Shown: positions 1-13,172, counted from the stretch's first letter. The stretch is DNA of 64,000 nucleotides from Macrostomum lignano (GCA_002269645.1 NIVC01000157.1:557159-621158), one strand, 5' to 3'. Notes: generated by a model from the sequence alone, not told the origin. A program made the numbers and translations.

Positions 1-1817
1 TTGCCTGTATATCGCTGGTCAACAGCTATTTTATTGCATATATTATTATTTATACATTGCATTACTATAGATGAGTTTTATGATGTGTATTAGCATTTGT
101 TATACACTGATAGGTAATCCTGTAAAAAAATTAATTGACTATAAAAAAAAATAATACCATTTCATACATAATGTTCATCTAGTCAGACTAACAGTATAGA
201 ATAATCATTTATCAAACATACACAATCGTCCTACACAAAAAAATAGGCAAATGTCACGTGTGTTGCTAGTTGTCATTAAATTAAACAAATAACTAAATAA
301 ATAAATAAGTAAATAAATAAATTAATTAATTTAGTAATAAACAAATAAACTAACTTATGAAAAATATATAGTTTAATGACATTATGTGTTTTATATCTGT
401 TTGATAAAATGCAATAGTTTTACCATTAAAATTGTCATGTGTAAATTACATAGCAACATAATACACAAGTTATTGTTGTGGCTTGTGATAGCTCTAAATA
501 AATTGTCATAATAAGTGTTGTATCTACTTTTGTCTAGTTGATGGGTTGTATTTAATTCTTTAATGTTGGATCATATCTAATATATTGAATAATATACTGC
601 TAATGTAATACATCAATGTTTAGTTTTGTTGCATTGCAATACCATTGGTAAAAGATAAAACACATTTAAACCTATCATTCAGTGTCTATGTTTAAAACAT
701 TATACAATTATTAGATAGCTTCATATACAAATATGTGCATATATAATTCAATTGACAAATAATCAATTAATAGCATGTATACAGGGTGTGACCGTGACGC
801 GGTCAGTAGTAATTAATAAATTGGTTATCCATATACTAATATTTAGTTTAGGATAATTCAACAACTATTCTGATGCAAACGAATATTTAATACATTGGCA
901 TATTTGTATTCCAATTCAAAATACATACAGTCGTATAATACCGCTAGTGTATACTTTGACTCTATAGACAACATTATTCAAACATCGGGTCGAAATACGC
1001 CGATTGTTAGCAAATTAAATCTAAGAAAATAATGAGAACTAAATTCCCGCCGAAATCGTGTACATATAAACAAATAATCTCCAAATAATCTCCTGTCCAG
1101 AGACAATGGGGCCGAATATTTTTTTTGGTGGGGAGATGGAGGGAGGGGGCAGCACAGTGCAATGGTTGCACAGATACCTTTATAACTGTTAATTAGGGAC
1201 TAAAAGTCGGAAAAAGCACTAAAAATTACCGCTTGGACTCACTTTCTGTTGGAGGAATGCACGTGTTTCTGGTACCGCAAGCTCCCGGTGCCCACGCATA
1301 TTTCAATTTAATTAATATATATTGTAGACAGAGTAAATTTCAGTCGCATATGCATTTATCTGTTTATAGCGGCTCCGTGCGTGACCAAATCAAAAAGACA
1401 GAATATTTATGGTTAATTATGCGAACATTTTAATTAATTACAATTTTAAATACAAATATAACAATTTATTTATTTATTTAAATGATAAGTATATTTAAAA
1501 ATTGCTAAAATTTACTAATTAATTATTAAATATATTGAATTGCATACATTAATCAACAAATATACCTTTTATATTCTATTACCTTTTAAACATTTATCTT
1601 TATGAATTATATCATTTATTAACATTATGTTAGTTGAATAAGTTTGGTTGATTATATGACTTGTTGATTAAGATATACAATAATAACAACAATAATAACA
1701 AAGTGAAACAGATTATTTATTACATATTAAACATTACAGAACTCATACAGTAAAAAAGCAATAAACAATAAACATATTAATAAACAATAAACAATCTATC
1801 TATCTAATTATCTATCT

Positions 1818-1848
<31 letters not shown>

Positions 1849-2139
1849 CTCTATTTCTACCTCTGTCTCTGTCTCTATACAATTTTAATAATTATAATAA
1901 AAACCATATTTTAACTAATATTTAATTATAATTACTACATCAATAATCTTATTTATATTATTACAAATGGAGCTCATCTTCAGGAGGAGAAAGTGGAAGA
2001 ACTACCATCAATGGAATTCCATTCCCTGATATATCCATCAACTGAAATTTCGTGTCTCGAATCCTATCTTCCAAGTCGTCTCCAAATTCTTTACACAACT
2101 CTTCAAAGACCTTTCCGAAGACCTTTACCAAACTTTTCT

Positions 2140-2173
2140 CATCACTCTCTCCTCACACACACACACACACACA

Positions 2174-2271
<98 letters not shown>

Positions 2272-2279
2272 CTCTCTTT

Positions 2280-2333
<54 letters not shown>

Positions 2334-2345
2334 TCTCATTTCACT
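2140..2345. repeat. (CA)n/(CT)n compound microsatellite
   Basis: Direct reading; it generates the spurious SL/ER-repeat ORFs at 1993-2625. Confidence 0.95.
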
Positions 2346-2583
2346 TCTCTCTCCTCTATATCTTCTGTGCATGTCTATTCCCTCTCTCTCCTCTCTCATC
2401 TCTCATCCCTCATCCACCATTTCTTTCTACTCTACTCTCCCACCTATTCCATTTTCTCTGTACGATCTTATCCCTCATCTATTCTCTCACCTACCACCTC
2501 TCTTGTCTCTCTCTTTTATCTCATATCTCCCACAAAACTCCCACAAAACAAACACTAACAAAATAACAAAGTTACTCCAAACG

Positions 2584-2775
2584 CAGGGCGTAGCCAGGAT
2601 TTTGATTTTGATTTTGAGGGATTGAATGGAGGGGCCGCGATTTAAATGGCGCCAGCTTCTTATGTGGGGGATGCCAGTTTCTTTTAAGGGAGGGGGTGGG
2701 GCACCAGTTTCTTTTAGGGGGGGGGGTACCAATTTCTTTTTATTTCCTTACACCCCCCACTCTGGCTACGCCCTG
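2584..2775. mobile_element. hAT-like MITE
   Basis: Terminal inverted repeats CAGGGCGTAGCCAG...CTGGCTACGCCCTG; no matching 8-bp TSD seen. Second copy at 28612-28821. Confidence 0.6.
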
Positions 2776-2806
2776 CTACAGGTCGTATTTCAGATTAGGT
2801 ATTACA

Positions 2807-3366
2807 TTACAGCCGGTCAGGGTACTGCAGGAAAAGAATACGATTTTTAGTTCAGTTATTGTATATGTGTGCACTATATGACCAGCTTATTACAATGTAT
2901 ACAATATATACATGTTCAACTATCATATTTAAACTCCATTGCAGAAACCAATGTATATAATATTATACTCACCGGGTCTAGACCTACGGCCATTCGGCTG
3001 GCCGATTCCAGCCGGGCGCCCCACCGGTCGGCGGCTCGGCGCGCATCAACAACGTCACGCTCGATGGCGCGACGTTGGCCTGGCGTTGACGGGCCGTAGG
3101 CGCCAGCTTCCAGGGCCGCCGCCTCGGCCTCCACAGCCTTGACGGCCGCGGCCGCCAATTGCCACATACGAAAACAATGTCTGTGTAATAGGGTTTCGGT
3201 TCGATACGGATATCGTATTAGTTGATGTTGTTGCTATTTGGCACACCATGTGATAAATGAATAAATAATAATAGATACATTCATATGATGTCACTTACGA
3301 TACGTATGTGGCGACCGGCTGGCCGCGACCGTCAACCTCCAAGACGTCGTTTTGGTTGGCGGACAT
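2807..3366 (-). CDS. 3-exon small orphan protein (97 aa), MW-x21-YG-x23-WxxR family, copy 1
   Basis: Exons 3299-3366, 2973-3180, 2807-2824. Donors GTAAGT and GTGAGT, acceptors acacAG and ttttcctgcAG, phases compatible. Translation MSANQNDVLEVDGRGQPVATYVS-HCFRMWQLAAAA...GLDP-YPDRL*. Confidence 0.75.
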
Positions 3367-3939
3367 GTCTGTAGAAAAAATGCAAGCATTATCACATTAT
3401 GTTATGCACAGTTCGATAAATGATAAATAGCAATAAATATATTGACAACAATAATAAAAGAAATCAACTTACTGTTTGCCTTGAAAGAAATCAATGAGTC
3501 TTGTGTCGACTGAAACTGAAACTGAAATCGAATGGATTTGTTGGGTGATTTTATAAGTCGACTCAACTTAACTGTGTGTACAGTTTACACAAGGCAATCG
3601 TCTATGGCAAAATGTCAATATTTTGTGTTGATCGATCGATGTTTAGTCTATGGTTCTTTGTCGAAAATATTGTTATCGTTCTCTTGTAATACATATTGAT
3701 AGATGGATATAGTTTCAATGTGTACTTTTAGACTGACCATAGCAGCAACAGAATACAGCGTACTGTACACTAAAACAAGCTATATGAATTGCCATAGACT
3801 AAATAGTCTGACACGCACTGTCTATCTAATCTGTGCCAGCGAATGCTTACTGTCAAGAACAAAACGGAACAAAAGCTTGCTTCATATGACTGCAGTCTGA
3901 CTGATGAGATGCGTACCGACCGGAACCTGATGAAGGTGG

Positions 3940-4020
3940 CAAAGTTAGGTGTCTTATAATTGAGTGCTGCATGGGTTCGAATCCCATGTGGTCAGAGTTT
4001 TTTTTCTGTTTAAAGTTTTT
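3940..4020 (+). other. tRNA-like Pol III B-box hairpin followed by an oligo-T run (SINE-like remnant)
   Basis: ATGGG-TTCGAAT-CCCAT T-arm-like stem-loop followed by T runs; repeated at ~29990-30040. No full cloverleaf found. Confidence 0.35.
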
Positions 4021-5576
4021 TTAGAGCAAACAGATTTTCAGTATTTTTTTATTTCTCTTACTCTTATGTTTTTTTATACAATTAAATTAATTACAATTTA
4101 TTATTCTCTTTACACGTTTTTTAAAGAGTACGGGCGAATCTTTTAGTGCGGCACGTATGATTGTTAGTGTAAAAAGTATACTACGATACATGTCGGCAAG
4201 CAAGTATTTGGTGTATATATAAGCGTTTGTCGTCTTTAATTTATTTGATATGTTGTGCCCTTCTTATTGTTCTATCTATATTAATAAAGCTTTTTGGTCA
4301 GAAAAATATGTTTCTATGTTAATTTGTGCTCGATAATACCTAATTTCCTAAGAAATGAGGTTTCTCGTCCTTCTACTTAAGTCGTCATTAAGTTCACCAT
4401 GGCAACAGGTAACAAGTCTGTAAAAATACATTTTCCTGTAAAAAAAACAGTATAGATATCAGGGATAAGAAATAATTAATTTCTATGTTTACTATTCTAT
4501 CTTGACGCTAAAATTCCAACAGAAAAAATTTGTTAATACGGGTGTTACATGTTCCTCAATTCTTTTCGAATTTTTACGATTACATTTGGCTTAAAAGCTA
4601 GAGTTGTTCAATAGATTTTAAATAACAGGTCCGTCCATGGATAATAATTATAATAAGCCGTCGTTAATTGTTTACACTTGTTTTATTTGTGCGCATAATT
4701 GATTGTTAGATAAAGCAAGTGACAATACATTTCACTATTAATCGTAGTTGTCGAATCTAAAGTCAGCAATTAATTAAGACTAAATACAAGTAATTATATT
4801 TCAATTGCATTGTACCTTATGGTTTGTTAGACATTTTGTTCCTAAAAAGCAAAGACCCTAGGATATACCATGCTCGCCAATTTTAGCATCAATTTTACGC
4901 ATCTATTGGCTTCTATTATGGGGGTTGGTTTTCGCTGCTCTGTATTGGCCGATGACAAGGTCATTTGTATACTGTCTAGGGTCATCCCCCGTTTATATTT
5001 AACTCGTTGGTATCGAAATAGAAAGCGTGGGGGTAGCCCGCGAACTGATAAAATGCGCGCCCGCGAGCATCAATCGAAGCCAATTCTGCATTCATTCATT
5101 CAATCTATGGTTAAGCAAAGTTAGTTAGAACTAGCTATATTCTCTTGCTTGTGAGTTTTGATCATTTGCGCATTCGCCCAGTCTGTCCGATTCGTTTGAT
5201 TGTTTCTGGAATCTTGGATTATGATAAACTGTGATTGAACTTGTGAATGAACTGGAATGAATATAGTGCGCCAAGTGATTTATACTTGGTTGATCCATTG
5301 ACGCGTATTGGATTCATTCATCTGTTTATTGAAATATTTAAAATTGGCGCTTTCACATTTTCTTCTTCATTCTATGTCTATTTCAACTTTCAAATCCAAC
5401 GCCTAATTAAATTACTCAGTCTTTTTTTTCCAGTCACAATGAATTCCCTGTACTTTTAAAACACACAACAAACCTCAACTCCGCGGTCGTTTACCCCCTC
5501 TTCCATCGCTCGCCACTCTGCCCCCAAAAGCCCCAACCTCCCCACCCCCCATCCTCTCGCTCGCTTGGCCCCACCA

Positions 5577-6090
5577 CCCAACACTGTACGTTCATTGATC
5601 GATCGAAACCACTAAACTTCCACGCACGCGATCTTTTAGCCTGTCTAATTAGCTAGCAAACCAATTTGATATCAAACGATGAACGCACAACGGTCCGTTG
5701 TACGCACAAGACAACGATGTGCGGTCGGTTATTCGCTGTCTGTCTGTCTGTCCGTCCGTCCGTGTACAAACACGTTGCTCTCTCTTCCAATTCCATACTA
5801 TATAGACGGGCTAGGCTACCACAACGTTGTATTGGCCAACCTTCTCTCTATCTATCTCTCTGACACTCAATGAATTAAATGTGTCAGACAGACACAAAAG
5901 AAGTGAGTGTATTATTAATTAACATTTAGTTAAATTTGAATTCCAGCCACAGCCAACAGATCGAATATTTATTATAAGCGTTACAACTAATCCAACATCT
6001 AATAATCATGGATAATTGGCAACAACTTGACCAATTGAACAAGTGAGTATATGCCTGTTTATAATAACAATTGTAAAGAATCCATACTAC
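5577..6090 (+). repeat. ~0.5-kb inverted repeat, left arm (right arm at 32115-32630)
   Basis: The reverse complement of 32115-32630 aligns colinearly (cccaacactgtac...gatatcaaa...aagtgagta...gaatcca). Confidence 0.9.
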
Positions 6091-7050
6091 TGGTGATAAC
6101 TGGTGACTAGTGATGTGACCCGACTGACTGGTGATGTGACTGCGTTGAGTGGTGATGTGACCAGACTGACTGGTGATGTGACCCGACTGACTAGTGATGT
6201 GACCCGACTGACTGGTGATGTGACCAAGTTGAATGGTGATGTGACCAATTTGACTGGTGATGTGACCATGGTGACTGACGATGTGACCAGACTGACTGGT
6301 GATGTGACCACGTTGACTGGTGATGTGACCCGACTGACTGGTGATGTGACCCGACTGACTGGTGATGTGACCAAGTTGAATGGTGATGTGACCCGACTGA
6401 CTGGTGATGTGACCGCGTTGACTGGTGATGTGACCCAGTTGACTGGTGATGTGACCCAGTTGACTGGTGATGTGACCAAGTTGACTGGTGATGTGACCCG
6501 ACTGACTGGTGATGTGACCCGACTGACTGGTGATGTGACCCGACTGACTGGTGATGTGACCAAGTTGAATGGTGATGTGACCCGACTGACTGGTGATGTG
6601 ACCGCGTTGACTGGTGATGTGACCGCGTTGACTGGTGATGTGACCAAGTTGAATGGTGATGTGACCAAGTTGACTGGCGATGTGACAGAGTTGACTGGCG
6701 ATGTGACCGAGTTGACTGATGATGTGACCCGACTGACTAGTGATGTGACCCGACTGACTGGTGATGTGACCGAGTTGACTGATGATGTGACCCGACTGAC
6801 TGGTGATGTGACCCGACTGACTGGTGATGTGACCGATTTGACTGGTGATGTGACCCGACTGACTGGTGATGTGACCCGACTGACTGGTGATGTGACCGAG
6901 TTCACTGGTGATGTGACCGAGTTGACTGATGATGTGACTGAGTTGACTGATGATGTGACCCGACTGACTGGTGATGTGACCCGACTGACTGGTGATGTGA
7001 CCAAGTTGAATGGTGATGCGACCAAATTGAATGGTGATGTGACCGGCCAT
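6091..7050 (+). repeat. 21-bp minisatellite (ggtgatgtgacccgactgact)n, ~45 units; stop-free, encodes GDVTxLT heptads on +
   Basis: Direct reading; ORFs 6103-7056(+), 5926-7119(-) and 6087-7025(-). Confidence 0.95.
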
Positions 7051-7424
7051 GACTAAAACATTGACCCATATGAATTTGTGTGTGTGTGCATGTCTTGGAC
7101 AAAGTTTTGGCACCAACAAACAGCAACGGAATATTGGTCAATAAACCACTTAAATATTATACAAACAAATTTTATAACGTATGCATAACGGTAACGGCAT
7201 GCACTGTACACATACAAGTATTTAACAAAACAACAAATTGACCACTTTGAAACAAAGTCAACCAATCAACTATGGATACAATAATATGTACAAACCACGA
7301 GCAAAAATATAATCACATAAATAAATAATATATATATATGTACAAACGATTAAAAAATGGCAGAAGCAACATGTAAAACATTGTGATTTTTTTCCCTACT
7401 TACTAATTAATATACAGATGTCAG

Positions 7425-7709
7425 TTGGTTTATCTCAATCAATTTTCCAGTTTTAACAGTCAGTCGTGTGCACCAGTCGTGTGCATCGACCATGCTCGCC
7501 ACTGTAACCAGCCATGTGCACCGATTATAATCGCCACTGCATGCAAACAGTCCTGTTCACCAGTGTGCACCGACCATACTCACAAATGCAAACATTTATG
7601 TTCACCCGCATGCACCGACCATGCTAGCCACTACAAACAGACATGTTCAGCTATTAAGATGTCGATATTCAGATTATTAGAATGTCGACTGATTACCATA
7701 GACAACTAG
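7425..7709 (+). CDS. Possible Cys/His-rich repeat peptide or exon (CxPxCxDHxxxCKQ units)
   Basis: About four degenerate ~15-aa units in one frame; no ATG start. Confidence 0.3.
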   Translation: MVYLNQFSSFNSQSCAPVVCIDHARHCNQPCAPIIIATACKQSCSPVCTDHTHKCKHLCSPACTDHASHYKQTCSAIKMSIFRLLECRLITIDN

Positions 7710-7984
7710 CAAGTTCACACATTTCATTCTCATACAATTTAGTCTATGTGTCAAACCAGATTACACAAACTCTCACAAGAAAATGTACTTTCTGTCAACT
7801 ACGAGTATTAGAATGGACACAAGGAAGGAGATATTAAAAGAAGAATTGATTGAGATAAAAATATCTGCTAGCTTATTTTGTTGTTCTAACTATTTCATAA
7901 TCAGTCTCGTATTGACTGGGATAGTTAAATTAATTGGAAAAATAATATATACATCTATTCTATAAAGTATATAATCAGTTAATA

Positions 7985-8016
<32 letters not shown>

Positions 8017-8052
8017 ATAGAAATGCTGCTATAATAAATACTGCTATAAATG

Positions 8053-8084
<32 letters not shown>

Positions 8085-8126
8085 ATTAATGCCGCGAAAT
8101 TTAAACCAAACAGTCAGGCAACGCAA

Positions 8127-11100
8127 TCAATCGCGTATGGGATCACCTGTTAGATCTCGTACAGGCTCGCACGTCCCGTCACAGTCGTACGTCCCATACA
8201 GCGGATGCCCAACGTGCAGCACCGAGACGAGTCGACCTTGCAATGTGTGCCCATGCCGAAGACGTCTTTGTACATCGGGGCTGTACGCATTCACAGGGTC
8301 GTGACCAGCCAGGACGAGTAGTCTGTCTCGCCAATGGTGACTCACTATCGATTGATACTTCTGGTTGACATTGAATGTGTCCCCATTGATCAACCGTAGG
8401 AGCGGAACCTGACGAAAAAATAAACATTACCATAAATCAATATCAACAATATTGATAAATTACATAAATTTGCATAATTTATTATCAACAATCAATAATT
8501 ATGTACTAATTTACTCACCATAGCGTCAGAATTTGAATCGAACAGCTCTGGTCGAACCTCGTCTATGAACATGACGCGATGTACAGCGATGTCCAACGGA
8601 TCGAATAAAAACGTGTTGGCTGTAGTTCGTGACGGGACTATATTGACAACACGATTTTCACCGCAGTGCGCAGCTACGCTGTGAGTCTTGCCAACACCAG
8701 GCGGCCCCCATAGGTACACCACACCTTTGCGTTGGCGGAGAGCTTCGCACACGGCTCGCATCGTTGGACATCCGCGTCGTCGTTCAAATAGCGGTCTGTC
8801 GACAATTTCTACATCAGCGTCGGCGCAGGCGGCGGCAATGGCGGCATTGTTGTCGGCGGTGCAGGCGTTGGGGGGGGTTTCACAAACTCGAAATTTCACA
8901 ACGTCGAAAGCACCTTCTTTCACAAGGTCGAAATTTCACAAGGTCGAAATTTCATAACATCGAAAACTCAAATAGCAGCCACTTTCACAAGGTCGAAACT
9001 TCACAAGGTCGAAATTTCACAACATCGAAAACTTTAGCAAAGGACTTCGTAAGGTCGAAAATTCACAAGGTCGAAATTTCACAACATCGAAAACTCGAAA
9101 AGCAGCCACTTTCATAAGGTAGAAATTTCACAAGGTCGAAATTTCATAACATCGAAAACTTTAGCAAGAGATTTCATAAGGTCGAAATTTCACAAGGTCG
9201 AAATTTCATAACATCGAAAACTCAAGTGCAGCCACTTTCACAAGGTCGAAACTTCATAAGCTCGAAATTTCACAACGTAGAAAACTACTTTATGGTTCTT
9301 GATAGATAAAATTTTCGACTTTGTGAAATTTCGAGCTTATGAAGTTTCGACCTTGTGAAAGTGGCTGCACTTGAGTTTTCGATGTTATGAAATTTCGACC
9401 TTGTGAAATTTCGACCTTATGAAATCTCTTGCTAGATTTTTCGATGTTGTGAAATTTCGACCTTGTGAAGTTTCGACCTTGTGAAAGTGGCTGCTATTTG
9501 AGTTTTCGATGTTGTGAAATTTCGACCTTATGAAATTTCGACCTTATGAAGTCTCTTGCTAAAGTTTTCGATGTTGTGAAATTTCGACCTTGTGAAGTTT
9601 CGACCTTGTGAAATAATTTACTTTTCGACGTTGTCAAATTTCGACCTTGTGAAAGCACCCCCAGGCGTTGTCGGTAGCGACGGCGGCGGTGGCGTCGGCA
9701 GCAACATTAGTCTGATTAATGGCATCAGCCTCGCGTTCATTGGTCCGATTGTCAACACCAGTCGTCGTCGAATGGTTGTCATCAGAGACGTCGTTGATGG
9801 TACGATCGCGAGTATGCCGATTTATAAAATGAGCACAGCACGCGCAACCAATGAGACGCTCTAGATTAATTTGAGGAATCTTCTGTACGCTTTGAAAAAG
9901 ACGAATCATCTCGTGCTTACACGAAACGTGGCGCATCAGAAAATCGTCATCTGGATCTGGTGTGACTACTAATTCGCTATGAGTTTCGATCCAATGATAC
10001 GCTGACACGAGCATGCTACAGTCTGACATATTTACATTACGTAGCATGGCGCAACCATCGTGTCTTGTAACGGAGCCTAACGCAACCTTGACATTTCGGA
10101 CGCCGGCGATAAGGATTCTGCAATCGTTGTCGCTTACTAAATACTGGATATTCGGGTCTGTAGACAGTATCTGGTGAATGATGGTATATAACTGGTAGCC
10201 AGACATGCTGCGTGGTGTTTGCATGTACAACGTAACTCCGCACCAGTTATAATCCAGAACGTCTTCAACCACACGCCTAGATTGTCGGTGACGATTAAGC
10301 GTCCTATGGATTAGTTCATCGTCATCCAGCATGTTGGGCGAATTTCCGGTTAGATTGGCGACAACAAGCGCATTACTTCGACCGCGCAATGCCATGTATA
10401 ATCGCACTTTAAGCTGGTCAGCATCAAGCACACCGGACAGTTCCACGACGTGGTGTATCCGCGTTGAGTTGAGTGCGTAACGGTCGTCGCTCGAAAATGC
10501 GTTAAGCGGCTCGACGTCCCGATTTCGATAGAAACGTATTGGCCCGGAGGCTAGTGCGTATCCGGGTTGTACACTCCTTGGGACAGTCGGACGCGCGTTT
10601 CTATTGGCATACGCGGTGGTGTTTGCGGCAAGACCGGCTGCATCAGTCAAACCGATGTCATCGACAGACAATGGTGTCAGCGATTGACTACTGATTGACG
10701 ATGAGTCATTCGCCGCCGCCGCCGCCGCCGCCGCCGCCGACGCCGCCGCCGCTGCACCCGTTGTTGGTGGCGACTGTACACACGATGCCCTCTTCTTACA
10801 TCTCGCTCTTATCGCCGCCAATACATTGTCTCTCATTGTCGCCGTATTCGAGGCAGACGCATGGCGTGACAATGCGTGTGACCGGATAAGATCGATCGTA
10901 CGCGAGCTAACAGAACTGTCAGAGGCACCGTTACTGGGCAATCTAGTCCGATTCGGTATACGGGCTGATGCTATGGTCGTCCGATGATTGGGCGCGCCTA
11001 TTGTACTGGACGCATCAGATCGCTGCGTATCGTCTGGCGATTGTCCAGTGTGTCGTTGATAGGGCGACGGCTTTGCGCTCGACAACTGTGATGACGAAGA

Positions 11101-12057
11101 TGCATCTGATACAAGTTCGCAGTCGGAGCGCATTAGCTGTTGACTTCGCCTTTTACAACTGGGTTTGCTAGTCGGCGAAGCAAACGAGGCGCCATATTGA
11201 ACACTTGGCCCTGTGATAATTATTTGTAAAAAAAGGCGCTAATTTATACAATTTAATCCTTTCATGCAACAAATCAAGCAAACAAGCAAGCAATCAATCA
11301 ATCAATCAGTCAGTTCAAACACTCATGTATAACAGACCTGTGTCTATCAATCATTTGAACTAGTTAAGCTTAGATATATTGATAAAATATAATCGTTTCT
11401 ACTCACTTTTGTTGCCATTATTGGCTGTCGATTCTACATCGCGCATGAACTCATCGTCATTGGCGAATAACAGCTGACTATTGACTGATGAGATAGACGC
11501 GTTGATGTAGTCATTCACCGCGGCTGACGATTGTTTTGGAGTCGATGCTCGTCAATTAGGTCGCCAGTCGAGAATGATGCAGCCGGAGAAAAGGTGGCAA
11601 CAATTCCAGTCGCATAGTCGTCCTCGTCGGCGGTGCTGTCACGCCACACAACCGGTGTATGAGCGGACACATCGGGCGTAGGAGTATGCGACTTTGGCAC
11701 TGTAGACGGTTCAGCATCGGCAGCAGCAGCATCAGCAGCAGCAGCAGCATCGGCAGCTGCAGCAACAGCAGCAGCAGCATCAGCAGCTGCAGCAGCAGCA
11801 TCGGCAGCAACAACAGCAGCAGCAGGCGCAGCAGCAGCAGCACTGGCAGCAACGGCATCTACATCAAAACCGGCAGCCGTATTGCACAAATCGATAGCAG
11901 CATCTTGTTGTACATTGCTGTTGGTCGATGTATCTGATACAAACGACAGTACCGTTGACCACAGGTTGTTTACGATGGTGACTAGTCGATTCGGTATAGT
12001 TCGCGTAGCACCATCTCCGCAACCGGTAACGTTGTTGTCAGTAGGCTGCCGTTGCAT
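8127..12057 (-). pseudogene. Spliced CRESS/parvo-like Rep with SF3 helicase (~940 aa when reconstructed), interrupted by a foldback TE and one frameshift
   Basis: Exons 12057-11407, 11210-8519 (minus insert 8871-9661 and one TSD copy) and 8408-8127. Introns 11211-11406 (phase 1) and 8409-8518 (phase 0) are GTGAGT...AG. Walker A YLWGPPGVGKT, Walker B VMFIDE, B' LLRLINGDTFNVNQK, Arg-finger-like DVQRRL. One-base frameshift near 11545. Confidence 0.8.
8871..9661. mobile_element. Mutator/foldback-like non-autonomous element
   Basis: 9-bp TSD CAGGCGTTG (8862-8870 and 9662-9670); G-rich termini GGGGG..TTTCACAA / TTGTGAAAGCACCCCC; both arms are inverted arrays of ~16-bp aaggtcgaaatttcac units. Confidence 0.85.
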
Positions 12058-12624
12058 GTTGAATCGTATTTATTTAACTATATTTATAGTTTGCGCTATA
12101 TGGGCGAGAGATAGAGATGGAGAGAAAAAAGGCGAGGGAGGATTCAGACTGATTAATCGAACTTTAAGTAGAGTTTTAAGTCAAAAAAATGTCTATCTGT
12201 TAACATAGTCTGATAATTAACTGTCTATTTTGTACAGTGTGCACTTGATAAATCGAGCGCGCATGTACCAAGGAGTTCTATAGCTAGTACAATGGATTGG
12301 AATCTTGCGTTATTTCTAAATGCAAGATTATGTGCAAATATAGAATACAACTGATTAACAGACAATTGTCTATGGTCCAACATACGATAATTCCACTACA
12401 GAGTGTATATTACAGCATTCCATGAGTGTATGCGCCCTGTATAGGAAACTTGTGTCTATGGTTTGAATGGAAATTTCAATCGTTTTCAAGTACAGTTCAA
12501 AGTTGATGATCAATTGAAACAGTATAGCTGCACTTTTATACTGAATCAATCAATCAATTAATGTTGTCTATGCCTTTAACTGATTTAATAATGCCTACAA
12601 GAGTGCATAGTTTGGATCAAAAAC

Positions 12625-13127
12625 TAGTTTGCGGTTTCCCCGGACAGATTATCATAGAAAGAAATCAACTTGATATTCCCAAGACGGATTAGCGGAGATG
12701 GGACAGTTTGCGGTTTCCCCAGGCAGATTTTCCAAGATAGAAATGTCAGGCTTCCCATTTCGTTTGGGATGTTTGGGATGAAGACAACAAACATTCACCA
12801 GAACACAGACAATCTCCCAGATCTAGACAGCAAGCATTCCCCAGACAGCAGGCAATCCCCAGACAACAGGCATTCCACAGACAGATTAGGCCAACCCAAG
12901 ATAAGTTACCTCCTGAGACAGCTACGGACGGGCCCCTCTAACCCCCCCCCCCAAGATAAGTTATCCACATGCATCATCATGCATATTATTAGACCACGAA
13001 ATGGCCGCGAGACAGTTTGCGCTTTCCCCAGAAATATTTTCCAAGAAAACTAAATGCACTTTCCCTGGACAGAATGGCAGTGCGATGAGACAATTCTGAG
13101 ACAGACAGACAGACAGACAGACAGAAT

Positions 13128-13172
<45 letters not shown>

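Larger units (their letters stand above)
2380..4080 (+). repeat. ~1.7-kb direct repeat, copy 1 (copy 2 at ~28420-30101)
   Basis: Colinear similarity from the CT-rich flank through the hAT-like MITE, the small spliced gene and the B-box region, ending at gttttttataca in both copies; many substitutions and small indels. Confidence 0.9.

Noticed and set aside
1-1990. ORF 1233-1433 and AT-rich leader
   Set aside because: No coding signature or motif; ordinary non-coding DNA.
1993-2625. ORFs rich in SL/ER dipeptides (also 28045-28586)
   Set aside because: Translations of (CT)n/(CA)n microsatellites.
3940-4020. Complete tRNA gene
   Set aside because: Only a T-arm-like hairpin; no acceptor stem, D-arm or anticodon arm.
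7988-8085. Poly-Leu/Ser/Ala ORFs from (GCT)n
   Set aside because: Trinucleotide microsatellite 3' of the Rep gene stop.
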